Source of the DNA: Centroscyllium fabricii
Taxonomy: Eukaryota
Reading direction: 5' to 3'
Length of the DNA stretch: 64,000 nt
Assembly (NCBI GenBank): GCA_051313645.2
Contig: JBNRSN020000003.1
Span: 416,826,001-416,890,000, forward strand
Positions 10,636 through 22,952 of the stretch are shown one piece after another. Each line of letters starts with the position of its first letter. The first letter of the stretch is position 1. The position numbers were made by a program, and so were the translations under genes. The notes beneath the pieces are model-generated. The model saw only the letters and a list, made by a program, of their open reading frames with translations. It searched no databases and was not told where the DNA came from.

Positions 10636-10716
10636 CACACTTAAGTGAACAGTTGCGCCTGGTTCTGGAAGAGGACCGTTATATAACGTTTCCAGTAATT
10701 CCTTCCACTGACAGTC
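10636..10716 (-). CDS. DENND1A: DENND1A coding exon (equivalent to human exon 7), DCQWKELLETLYNGPLPEPGATVHLSV
   Basis: gtttcAG acceptor, GTAAGT donor, 81 bp phase 0-0; resembles human ENQWNELLETLHKLPIPDPGVSVHLSV. Confidence 0.92.
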
Positions 10717-11101
10717 CTGAAACATTCCACAGACACAAAAATATATCTTCGGAAGACCATTTCTTTTTAAAAGATGTGCATGTCTATATAGTTTGATAAG
10801 TGACATTTCTAGATGAGTGAACTACAGGGCAAAACCTATCCAATATCGCCAAGTTAAATAGTTTAGCTACCAGTTATCAGGAAAGTGTCAGAAAAAAAGT
10901 TGGTACAAGATTGCATTTTAAAGCAATGTGCTGTAGTGTACTACAGACAGCATTCACATGGGACTGAGAGAAAAACTGTTCAATGGTTCCTGAATTTAAT
11001 CTTACACACACCAGCTTAATAAAATCCTAAATCAATAAAATGAAAAAAGATAAACCATGCTCCAAATCATTACATAATTAATACGCTAAAGTTTTGAATT
11101 A

Positions 11102-11414
11102 CAGGTCCGACACCGTTAATCCAGCACGGTCGGGACCAGGCTGGTGCCGGACTAGTGAAAAATCCGAACGACTGAAGTTTCGGCGAGCGCATGCGCAGAC
11201 CATTCAAAATGGCCGCTGAAGGCCGGTGGCCATTTTGAATGGTCTGCACATGCGCTCCCCGAAGCATCAATCATTCGGGGCGGCCCGGCCATTTTGTGCA
11301 TGCGCAGCCAAGCGAGGCGGCCATTTTGTGCATGCGCAGACCAGTCATCCGGATTCGTTCCGGACGACTAAAGTTTTCGGATTACTGGTGTCCGGATTAA
11401 CTGTGCCAGGCCTG
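11102..11414. mobile_element. Tigger/pogo-like MITE copy 5 (short, reverse orientation, no cargo)
   Basis: TA|CAGGTCCGACACCGTTAATCC ... GGATTAACTGTGCCAGGCCTG|CA; same GCGCATGCGC/AAAATGGC modules. Confidence 0.8.
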
Positions 11415-11637
11415 CAGTTTATGCTGTTCAAAATAACCAAAAATGGATTTTGTGGCTTGATAAATCGCTTCCCCGTTGAATCATTTTAAACTTGTGAATT
11501 TTAAAAATACAAATGAAAATAATACTTTAAAATGTTCTTCTATTAGCTAGAAATTTATTGATTTGAACAAGATTGAAATATCTCAGGTACTGCCTTTTAA
11601 TTATGGCACCTTATATTGAAATATTAAATAACAGTAC

Positions 11638-11707
11638 CTGTCCTTTGGCAGTGTATTCTGCTAAGATGTTCAGAAGCTTGTAGAAAACTTCAAACCAAGG
11701 TAAATAG
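11638..11707 (-). CDS. DENND1A: DENND1A coding exon (equivalent to human exon 6), (S)YLPWFEVFYKLLNILAEYTAKGQ
   Basis: tatttattttcAG acceptor, CAG|GTACTG donor, 70 bp phase 2-0; matches the DENND1A YLPWFEVFYKLLNILADY motif. Confidence 0.95.
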
Positions 11708-13354
11708 CTGAAAATAAATACAAAAGTCAACTTTACTTCTGGCACAAGTTTAAATGAGGTAGAAAACATCAAGGGTAAAAGTGGTTGTGTCAATTTCAGC
11801 AACATTAGTGCACAGTATTAAAATACAAATCAAATAGTCAGCAGAAAAACACAGTTTCAAACTTGCAACATATCTGTTCTAATGATTGATGTGTCAAATT
11901 CAAGTTAAATTTATAATTTAGAAATCCAACAATAAATCACTATAAAAACTGATTTTGAAATTTACACAACCACAACAAAATTTCAACCTGAAATGCAGTT
12001 TAATTGTTACAATTTGGTCAAGGCCTATAAGTCAGTTCATTAAACTGATAATCCAGATCTGAACCAGCTCTCACCACCCTTCAGTCAGAAATTGGCTGGC
12101 AGCCCTTGTAATACTTAACTGGATAATACATGTCACAAAATTATAAAAACATTTTGCGCTGCCAAACAACATGCATTATGTAATGCATGAGCCATGTCTA
12201 GACTGCTAATTAATATACATTTTGCAATATATGAACTATTACTGCCTCTAGTAGTAAGCAGGAATTGGTTACCTCAATACCAAATGAAATGTAAATGAAA
12301 ATACTAAAAATACTGATGTAAATATTAACAAGTTCTACTGGCACTAGAACTAAGCAGCAGAGAGACGCTGCTTAGGGTGCACTGCATTGTAAACATACAT
12401 GAATATATTAGCATTTAAAGTAAGAACCCAAGACCATCAGTTCTCTGAAACTTAAAAGGTAAAAAAGCTAAGGTCAATGATAAAACTAAGTGCTATGTTA
12501 CAGCACTTTGTTTTCCTTCTAAGTATAGTAACGTCCAGTTCACAACTTCACCGAATACACCATCAATCATACTTGGGCACAAAGATCTATCTTTTTTTCA
12601 CATTTTGGGTTCATTTTGTTATTTCTTCAGTGAGTCTTCCCGTAGCATTCCTCAGCAGAGAGATCGGGCAATCAACCTGCTCCCAAGCACTCTGGCAATG
12701 CAACTCTTTAGTTGGGCTTGAGAAGGTATAGAATAGTGTCCCAGGGTGACTTGGCCTCCACATTCTGAAAGCAAAGCCACGATCAGGAACTTAAGTGTGT
12801 GGGAAATCATGGCTGCACACTTGCATTTTACCATTCTATGGCACACCAAACCACTATACCACTACAACCAGAAGCTAAAGAAACCCTTAAAATCACGAGG
12901 TAGATTTAACACCTCCGTTTGGTGGAGCATGTGCAATACAATGTCTGAACTCTTAGTAAAATTAGTTTTTTTGCAAGGTTTTGATTATGTGAACTGTCTA
13001 TTTTTTGAAACTGGCTCTGTCTGAACTGGAAATAATGCAGGTCCCTTTGCATGACCAAAATATAGTTTCTTCTTTGCCATTAAACTGAAATATTTCCAGT
13101 GCTCTGCTAGTGCTCGATGCACTTAGCTTTTGCAAAAGGTTAATTAATGAATTGTAGTCTTGGCAACCAATCCCGAGCTGATTACAATAAGTACATCATA
13201 ATGAAAGCAGCAAACTTAATAATGTAGTATCTCTAAAACCAAAATAAAGTGAAGTATAATTTTTAATATTAGTAAGAACCTTGAACTGCAAAAAATTTAA
13301 TGTAGCTTAATTTCTGCCCAGCACGTACGCAGCAGGGAATACATTTTAGTGGTA

Positions 13355-13701
13355 CAGATTGAGCACCGGTAATCTGGCACCCGATGGTCCGGCAGCTTCA
13401 GTGGTCTGGCACGATTGGAAATTGGTGCTCTTCATTTCGCGGAGCAGGCGCTCGGCGGCGCCACCGTTTCCCGTGAAGTGTGAGCAAGCACCGAAGGCGT
13501 CGGGCGTTTGGGTTTCTGTCTTTTCAGGTCTTGTAAGTGTTTTATCCCCGGGCTCCCTCCCGGGGAGTGTTCTACCCACGCGCTCCGGGCCCCGGGGAGT
13601 GTTCTACCGTGCGCTCCCCCCGAACCTTCAGTGGTTCGGAATTTTCAGTGGTCCGGCACTGGCCTGGTCCCGAGGGTGCCGGATTAACGGTGTTCAACCT
13701 G
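13355..13701. mobile_element. Tigger/pogo-like MITE copy 6 with promoter-like cargo
   Basis: TA|CAGATTGAGCACCGGTAATC ... GGATTAACGGTGTTCAACCTG|TA. Confidence 0.85.
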
Positions 13702-14399
13702 TACATGTTATAAACACATTTTTTAATGTATCCAACTTCAGTGAAGCCTGACATTTTAATATCAGATACAGTTATGACAGTTTAGCACTATGTCAAATGT
13801 CTTTCTAGGTGAGACATCACATCTATCACCGATATGAATTAGACACATGGAAAGTGATTTTGACCTACCTGCCTACAGAAATTGGGTGGATGCAGTTAAA
13901 AATCGGTCAGGTTAGTTACCCACCCTAGAGCCACCGAGAGCTAACCATTCCAGATTTTTAACCATTTCAGATTTTAACCTGCTCAACTGATGGCAAAGAC
14001 ACCAGCCCAACGCTGGTGGCGTTCTTTATTTACCTATGTATGTCAAGTCCTGATGATGTTATCGGGACCCGACTGCTATATTTACTCGGCAGCCCAAGCA
14101 GGAAGTTGCAGTGGCTTGCCTGCCAGCTGAAGATAGCGGGCAAGAGGCCCCACCACCCGCCTGAACAAAATGAAGAATGATGTGCATTATAGATGGAGAA
14201 ATGGCGTATGCAGTCTCCATCCATAACTCCATCGTCCACTCTCTCTCCCCCTCCCTCCCTCTTGCACACTGCCCCACACCCCCAGTTTATACCATTATGA
14301 TGATTTAACAATATGGATATTTTGAGCAACTAATGCTGAAGAAATTCAACTGAAGTTTGGAGTTACTGGTGTTTATTATAAGTCCCACAAACAGTAAAT

Positions 14400-15741
14400 G
14401 AATAAATGACCACCTAATTTGCTTGTGTTGGTGTTGATTTGAGGCAGGAATGTTAGCCAGGTGAACTCAAAGATGGGAGGGAGGGTGATGAATGAGGAGG
14501 ACATTAAAAACCTGCAAACGGACATAGATAGGCTAAGTGAGTGGGCAGAGATTTGGCAGATGGAGTATAATACTGGAAAGTGTGAAGTTATGCACTTTGG
14601 CAGGAAAAATAATAGAGCAGGTTATTATCTAAATGGAAAGGAACTGGAAAGTACTTCAGTGCAAAGGGATCTGGGGGTCCTGGTGCAGGAAACACAAAAA
14701 GTTAATATGCAGGTGCAGCAGGTGGTCAGGAAGGCCAACGGAATGTTGGCTTTTATTGCTAAGGGGATTGAGGATAAAAGCAGGGAGGTCTTGCTGCAGT
14801 TGTGCAGGGTATTGGTGAGACCACACCTGGAGTATTGCGTGCAGTTCTGGTATCCCTATTTAAGAAAGGACATACTTGCTCTCGAGGCAGTGCAAAGAAG
14901 GTTCACTAGGTTAATTCCGGGGATGAGGGGGCTAACATATGACGAGAGGCTGAGTAGATTGGGCCTCTACTCATTGGAGTTCAGAAGAATGAGAGGCGAT
15001 CTTATTGAAACATAGAAGATTGTGAGAGGGCTTGATCGGGTGGATGCGGTGAGGATGTTCCCAATGGTGGGTGAAACTAGGACTAGGGGGCATAATCTTA
15101 AAATAAGGGGCTGCCATTTCAAAACTGAGATGAGGAGAAACTTCTTCACTCAGAGGGTGGTGGGGCTGTGGAATTTGCTGCCCAAGAGAGCTGTGGAAGC
15201 TACTACATTGAATAAATTTAAAACAGAGATAGACAGTTTCCTGGAAGTAAAGGAAATTAGGGGTTACGGTGAGCGGGCAGGTAAGTGGACATGAGGCTAG
15301 GTTCAGATCGGTCATGTGATCTCCTGGACCAGTTTTCGATCGCCTAGATGGGTCAGAGAGGAATTTCCCATATTTTTTCTCCCAAATTGGCCACTGTTTT
15401 TTAAAATCTGGTTTTTCGCCTCTCCCGGGTGATCACATGGGTTTGGGCGGGATGGAGAGTAAAAATTAAATTGAGGTTAGGATCAGATCAGCCATGATCT
15501 TGTTAAAAAGGCGGAGCAGGCTCGAGGGGCCAATTGGCCTACTCCTGCTCCTATTTCTTATGTTCTTATGTAACTCCCTGGTTTTTTTACATCCACCCGA
15601 GCAGGCAGACAGGACCTGCTCATATGTATAAGCTCACATATGAAGCGTCAGCTTCGACTGTATGCTCCAGTCCATGGTGAGGCTTGAACCCACAACCTTC
15701 CGCCTCAACGAGGAGTGGTAACAACAGAGCCAAACTGACAC
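14400..15741 (-). mobile_element. Deu-SINE (SacSINE1-like) split by a CR1 insertion (SINE parts ~14400-14468 and ~15572-15741)
   Basis: tRNA-like head in reverse (GGCTTGAACCCACAACCTTC...GAGCCAAACTGACAC) and Deu-domain-like text either side of the CR1. Confidence 0.6.
14469..15571 (+). mobile_element. 5'-truncated CR1 LINE (RT C-terminal region plus 3' UTR)
   Basis: ...WQMEYNTGKC...RPHLEYCVQFW...RRMRGDLIET, internal stop, (TTCTTATG)n tail; AACTC repeated at both ends. Confidence 0.95.
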
Positions 15742-17740
15742 TTTACTGAATTGACATCACAGGACACAGAAATGTTTCTGAACATCAATTGGAGGAATTC
15801 ACTGTCTGATGAAGGGGCGTTTACCAGTTTTAAAACAAACTTTGTAAAGTCAACTCCTCATAGTACAGAAAGCTTGTCCTGTCAAAATCCAAGTTTCTAT
15901 GATAAACGCAGCAGCTTATTTATAATAAAGGCAGTAGCTGGAATATCAAGATATTGGCAGTGATAATGGTCAATTTCAAATTCCAGTCGGAAAACATATG
16001 GGAAAACCCCATCAACTACACAAACAAAAACCCACACAAGATTCCTAACTGAAATATAGAAAAGCAGAGTTGTGGTAAGGGCTCTTCCTTACCCTTGTGA
16101 ATCAGATTATGTTCACAGTGTGAACCAAATGCATTTCTTTTTGACATATTCAGGCAGCTGTTACTCCCTATATAATAAATGTACACAGCTCTTCACAGAT
16201 TGATCTCCAGTGGAAAACAGAAATCAGTAAAAAAAAAGTTATCTTCAAGTACCACTTAGCATGGCAGCTCCATGTAAACAATCAGAAAGAACTTCGTAAC
16301 CGATCAGCAATTACGTCAATTGTTTAAACAAACGCAACAGAATCTACACAGTTATGAAACAATTTGGGCATTATCTAAAGTCTGGAAAGCTTTTCAGTCA
16401 AACAGAAATGTCCTTTGCATGTATCTCACAATTTCTTTAATGCATTGCAATGTGCTAACCCTCCCACTTACCCAATCTGCTACACATTACCTACTATTAT
16501 CCTGAGCTTGAAAAAGATAATAGCCAAAGGAAAATGATAAATAACTATTCGTAATAATAAGAGCCACTTATTTACAGTCTTCACAGGAAAAGAGACAGAA
16601 TCATGGCATTTTATACCCAAACCACTGGTAAAAGTCCCCTGATACACAGGAATAAATGCTGAATTTGATTCATTTAGTCACTGTAAATCAGTGGCCCGAT
16701 ATTTATGCGTTGTGTTACATGATATAACACCCCTATTGTTATAGAACGGCTCACCATGAGCAATGCCACAGGAGACACAACACATATCCTGTGTCACTTC
16801 CCTGCAACAGTCTGTTCTAACACATTATGTGCAAATTTCTTGTATTCAAACTACTCAAAGTCTTGCAGTGCAAATTGGCTGATATTCAAATTCTTCCAGT
16901 TAAATTATTTATTTGAACTCAATGCAAATTTCTTTGCCAATTGACTGATAGGCACGTTTATTAATTGGGATTAACTCATTAATTTGTTAGAAAGGGGAAG
17001 CCTAGCCAGAAGCTTAGCCACTCAAGAAGTAATTGAATCCCTTCATCAATTTTTCTACAGTAGCTGAAATTTCTATTATCGAAAATAAGGTTACAAACTA
17101 TTAAAACATCAAACATTACACATTTCAAGATGATTAAAGTTACCCAGAGAATTTTCTTTTGTATATGTTAATACCCTTATTAAAGTTTTCACATGGAGGC
17201 TTCAGTCTTGCTTAAAAGTTTAGACTTTCGGTTGGTATTGTTTTTCCTCAAAGCTCTGTCGGTATTTCACTGGATGCTGCACCGTGAGAAGGCACAAAAT
17301 CTCCCAGCATACATCAGGATAACGCTTTCAATGTGCACCTTGAATACTCTTCCCTCACAGTGCAACAGCAATTGAGTTCCTTTCTTTTCCTAAATTATTT
17401 GAAAAACAGCTGGAGAATGAATTTCAGCAGCTTTCTTCTAGTAAAGTTTCACATTCCAACTGTTATCAAGTGCTTCATTTTACTTGACAGAGAGAGTATG
17501 TGTGCCAGCACCTGTTGCTTGTAAGGCCCACCCCTTGCAGTATAGTGCAAAAGCATGAAATAATTAGTTTTTTCTTTAAAAACCTAATAACATAAACCAT
17601 TAGTTTTAGGACTTTCATCTGAGGAAAATTCTCAAAATTCCAATAACTGATCAGTGTGCCAGAAATAAACTGCAAAGCTTTTTTTCCAAATTATATGAAA
17701 TGACACAAATTAAGAATTTTTGAACGCAAGTTTTACATTA

Positions 17741-18058
17741 AACATAGAAACATAGTAGGAGCAGGAGTAGGCCATTCGGCCCCTCGGGTCTGCTCCGCCA
17801 TTCAATGAGATCATGGCTGATCAGCCAAACTCAGTACCCTTTTCCTGCCTTCTCCCCATATCCCTTGATCCCTTTAGCCTTGAGAAATATATCCAACTCC
17901 TTTTTGAATATATTTATGACTTCTATGGCTTTCTGTGGTAGAGAATTCCACAGGTTCACCACTCTCTGGGTGAAGAAGTTCCTCCTCGTCTCAGTCCTAA
18001 ATGGCTTACCCCCTAGCCTTAGACTGTGACCCCTGGTTCTGGACTCCCCCACCATCGG
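17741..18058 (-). mobile_element. CR1 LINE 3' fragment
   Basis: SRTRGHSL...RRNFFTQRVVNLWNSLP...GIKGYGEKAG plus CTATGTTT tail. Confidence 0.92.
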
Positions 18059-19205
18059 GCTATTACCAATTTCTTATAACAGAGAGAGAAAAAACTGATT
18101 AGACACTCAATCTGCTTTGAAATTTTCAAATAACAAAACATTTGCTGTTTACATGAAGATTGGTTATTTGGCTGCAGTTGCTAACGGAAATGTTAATTAA
18201 GATATTTCAACCTATACTATGCAGGTAACATCCTTTCAATGTCCAGCTTCTAATAAAGTGTGGTGAGGAGACCGATATTATACCTACGTACAGGCCAACT
18301 CACAAAAGTAGTAGTCTGATTGGCTTAATGGCCAGCGATTCAAACCCAGACCCCTAAAAAGTGCAGCTCGGGTTACTAATGCTGTGTGATCAAGCCACCT
18401 TTTGAGAAACATGGCTTTACCAATTATCGCTCAGCGATTGCAATATGGCTCAGGAAGTTGATGCTGTTGCGTTCTGCAGGACATCAAGGGAGACATGTAA
18501 CTGGATCTGCCATGAGTTAACTGGATCCAATCAGCAGCAGCTTGGAAGGCGACAGGTTCTTTCAACACATACTCATCCAAACAACATCCCCACAGAGCTC
18601 CGAAACATCTGAAATTTCACCTCAAAAAGCTTTGAAAATTTGCCCTCCAGCTCGTTTGCAAATCATTTGGGGGGGGCAAGGAACTCAGAAATCCTGTTTA
18701 CAGCATGAGCAAAGATTACACTTCAGCTGTACAGAAAGCATCATACTGATGTATGCTGGAAATTCCTCGCAATATAAACACTCCGATTACAAACATCCCC
18801 AGAATTAAAGGTGCAAGTGTAATTAGTAAATCTCTTCAGCTGACACACCGATAACTCGGAAAAATAAAAACACAGGCTTCTGAAAGCACTGAGGCCATCA
18901 AGTAAAAAGTTACTGAAGGCACTGAAAGGCATAAAAGCCAATTTTGCTGGTAACCTTAAATCATGATGTGTGTATTTTTTCATGTTTTCACTATGACAGG
19001 AACTATGTCAGCAGGCTGAGGGGAAAAATGGCGGAACAAAAAAATTCCAAAAGTATCAACTGATTTGATTGGTTGCCTTCTCTTTACCAAAAATACGTTA
19101 CACATGATCAAATCAGAATCAATAAATTTGCAAAGCAATGAAGTGGGAAAAATTAGAATATGAGCCAATCAGCTCAAAAAAATGTGCATACAATTGCCCT
19201 CGGTC

Positions 19206-19609
19206 AAACATAGAAACATCGAAGATAGGAGCAGGAGTAGGCCATTCGGCCCTTTGAGCCTGCTCCGCCATTCAATGCGATCATGGCTGATCATCCAAAC
19301 CCAGTACCCTATCCCTGCCCTCTCGCCATATCCCTCGATCCCTATCGAGCCTGCACCGACATATCCCACCCTATCCCCGTAACCCCACATATTCAATCCC
19401 CCTAACACTAAGGGTTAATTTATCATGGCCAATCAACCTAACCCGCACATCTTTGGACTGTGGGAGGAAACCGGAGCACTCGGAGGAAACCCACGCAAAC
19501 ACGGGGAGAATGTGCAAACTCCACACAGATGGTACCCGAGGCCGGATTTGAACCCGGGTCTCCAGTGCTGTGAGGCAACAGTGCTAACCACTATGCCACC
19601 GTGCCGCCC
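19206..19609 (-). mobile_element. HE1-type V-SINE
   Basis: tRNA head GGGCGGCACGGTGGCATAGTGGTTAGC, V-domain TGTGGAGTTTGCACATTCTCCCCGTG, CR1-derived 3' tail. Confidence 0.9.
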
Positions 19610-20874
19610 TAAGTGTGCTTTGGAAAGTGTGACAGACAGGGAGTGAGTGAAAATATGCCATTTTTATAAAACTATTGTTGATTCTGCTATGGCATTGCTT
19701 TGGGTATATCAGAAGATACGCTGCTTTGTAATGGTATGGGCATTACACTCGGAAACTCCAATTAAACGTGGCATGTTTTAAGGTGGCATGTGCTGCTTTG
19801 CTCAACCTGCCAACAAGCGAAGGATGTTTCCAAATGCAACAGCTGCTCATATAACCAGTACTTACCAGCAACTTAGTTAAAACTCTTACCATTAAACTGT
19901 GCCACAGAGCTGAGCACTTGCCACCTACGCAGCCAGTTGTTATACTAACCAGCTGAAAACCTCCTTCAACATTAAGCAGGCCTAGAAAGGCGAAGTGCAG
20001 GCATTTTAAAACATGCTGCTGATTAAAATCAAATTTGACTTACTTTCTTTTCACGTCCCCTTGAATCAGTTGTCCTTATTCTGTAATTTGTTTTTCTCCA
20101 CACTATCTTTGTCTTTCTCTCTGTCGTTTTGTCCCCATTGTGCCTGACACACTATGTTTCTTGCATTCGTTCTCTGCGTTTCTTCATGCAAATCTCACCT
20201 CTCTCACATAATAAATCTTGCTTATGCATGTGCTTCTAAAGTAACAATTACTTCTGGAACACTTCCTTGTCACATCTACTTCTCTCAAGCTATTTCCATC
20301 ACACCAATTATTTACCTCTGATTCAGCCTGCCAAGATGGCCTCCAAGGTAGAAGGCACTGTTGCCTACTTACCTCAGCTGTCCCAGCACAGTCTCCAAAG
20401 TAGGTGGCATTGTGACACCCATCATGGAAATCCTATGCTGCCTGCCTCTCCCCCTGTCGTTTATCGACTCAACTTTGTGATTTTTGCTGAGCAGTGGGGA
20501 AACCCATCTTATTTCAAATAAATGCTCAGCAGTTACAAGCCCTTTTATGAAATCAATGCCACTCTCCCACTGTGACCTCTGCGCCAAAAGCTGTACTCAA
20601 GGTTGGCTTGAGGTTTATTTTGGTGGGCCGGCAGATTATTTAAAAGCATTTTCCTGACAGTGACTGGCGTTAACCTGTATGGAATTAAAATAAATGCTCA
20701 GCTATATTTTAAATAATATAAATATTATTTCCCCTAGTTACTGCTCTGAAAAACCTTTTAAGGAGTCTCTTCCTTCGACCCCCCCCACCCCTGCCCCCCA
20801 ACCCCTTCCACTATCAGAACTAGACTCCCTTGTATCTTTTCCATCTCCCTCCTGTGCAACCCCCAATGCTCGCA

Positions 20875-21205
20875 CACGTCTGCTCTCTCGGGTGAATGTG
20901 AAAGGCCTCATGGCGTTTATTCAAAGAAGACCAAGTAAGTTTGTCCCGGTGTCCGGACCAATATTTACCCCTCAAGCAACGTCACTAAAACGCATCATCT
21001 GGTAATTATCAGATGTGAGACTTTGCTGTGTGTGCAAATTGTCTCTATAGTGCCGATAGTAACTGTTGGGACTATAACCTGGTGTTGTGTCACTTCTTGC
21101 ATTTCTCTATAGTGCAACAGTGACTACATTTGAAACGTGCTTCTTCCGCTGTAAAGCACTTTGGGACGTCCTGAGGTCATGAAAGGCATGTTTCTTTCTT
21201 TCTTT
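20875..21205 (+). mobile_element. Deu-SINE (SacSINE1-like) fragment
   Basis: CCCGGTGTCC.GACCAATATTTA.CCCTCAA.CAAC.TCACTAAAAC...CTGTAAAGCACTTTGGGACGTCCTGAGGTC.TGAAAGGC. Confidence 0.7.
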
Positions 21206-21457
21206 CATTTTCAGACCCCTGCTCTGAATTCCCAGGATTACTCTCCCAACACCAGTGTCACAAAACCTCCCACTACTACTGCTACACCCAGTTCTTTCCA
21301 TTGCTCCCACCTGCCCCTACCAGCAACCAGGAAAATCTTCCTCCATAACTTGCGCTTTAAAATAAAGGCAAGAAATAAAATGAACTGCAGATTTAAACTC
21401 ACTTTTAATAGTATTTAAGGACACAGTTTCCACACCAATATGCATATAATACATTAC

Positions 21458-21948
21458 GGGGAGGCGGTGGTGTAGTGGTTATGTCACTAGACTAGTAAGC
21501 CAGAGGCTCAGTCAAATGCTCTGAGGATATGGGTTCAAATCCCACCACGGCAGCTGGTGGAATTTAAATTCAATTCAATTTAATTCTGGAATTAAATGTT
21601 AGTCTTAGTAATGGCGACCATGATACCATTGTCGATTGTTGCAAAAACCCATCTGGTTCACTAATGTCCTTCAGGGAAGGAAATCTGCCGTCCTTACCTG
21701 GTCTGGCCTACATGTGACTCCAGACCCACAGCAATGTGGTTGACTCTTAATGCCCTCTGAAATGGCCTAGCAAGCCACTCAGTTGTAAACAAGCGCTACG
21801 CAACATTGTGGGTGTGCCTACACCATATGGACTGCCGCGGTTCAAGAAGGCAGATCACCACCATCTACGCAAAGGCAATTAGGATTGGGCACTAAATGCA
21901 GGCCTAGCCGGCCAGCGACGCCCACATCCCATCAACGAATAAAAAAAA
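21458..21948 (+). mobile_element. tRNA-derived SINE with LINE-derived tail
   Basis: A box TGGTGTAGTGG, B box GGTTCAAATCC, A tail; near-identical copy at 56827. Confidence 0.9.
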
Positions 21949-22952
21949 TCATAATATTATAGCCCAAATAAATCACCAACACGTGTATAATATCTGTCTA
22001 TATATTACAAATCTTAAAAAAAGTACTCATTGCCTTTTTACATTATAAATTTCTGTGTCCATATTTATAAACTACCGATGTTTTGCATAGTAGTTACACC
22101 CTCCCACCAGTGCTGGCACTGTCATGCCTCAGTTTTACATCTTCCAACTTCCAACTCTTCGGCCTGTACCACAGAAGCTCCAACCAACTCAATCCTTCTT
22201 TACTAAATTGCTGTGCGTTTTGCTAATTACCTTTACAAAATATATAAAATCTACATCTTACATAACAATCAGGAAAGGATGCACCACTTTAAAAGGCTGA
22301 CTGAATTGCATCCAAGAGGCCTGGCCTAATGATCCACTGCTCTCCAACCCGACTTCACCTTAAGTCTATACTTGGTCTCAACACCCAGTGTGTAATGCCA
22401 TGGGAGAGCGATCTGCAATAAAAACAGTTTGACTTATTGAATTACATAGCATAAATCATCTTGAGCATGGCCATGGGAGATCTGCCAGTGTATATATAAA
22501 ACAAGATATTGGACATTATACAAGCAGAATTATAGAGGTGATCAAGTTAAATAGAATGGAAAATAATAAGTCATACTGGGTGCAAATTAGGATTTTTGGA
22601 AAATTAATGTAAGATTTTTATTAACTGAAAACGCTGCAGAAAACCTACATTGTACAAACAATAAACGTAACTGGTTTTACCAGAGTTTTGGTGAATGCTA
22701 AATATGGTCTTATTTTGCTCTCAATTTACTTTTCCTTCCAATGGAATGAAATGCACTGGATTTTCTCCTAAGTTAAACGCTACACAACAAACTCATTTTA
22801 AAATTAAAACTAAAGATTTCTGTTTATTCAATGATAAAAGTATTATCTTGAAGACTTACTGTAAATATTTAATTCAATCCATTTACAGCTTGTGCCTGAT
22901 TACTGTAGTAAAAATGGCACCCCTGTAAATTCCTTTGAGTCACAAAATTATC

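Noticed and set aside
21458-21550. tRNA gene-like A/B boxes (also at 30108, 56827, 19609)
   Set aside because: These are SINE heads continuing into SINE bodies, not cloverleaf tRNA genes.
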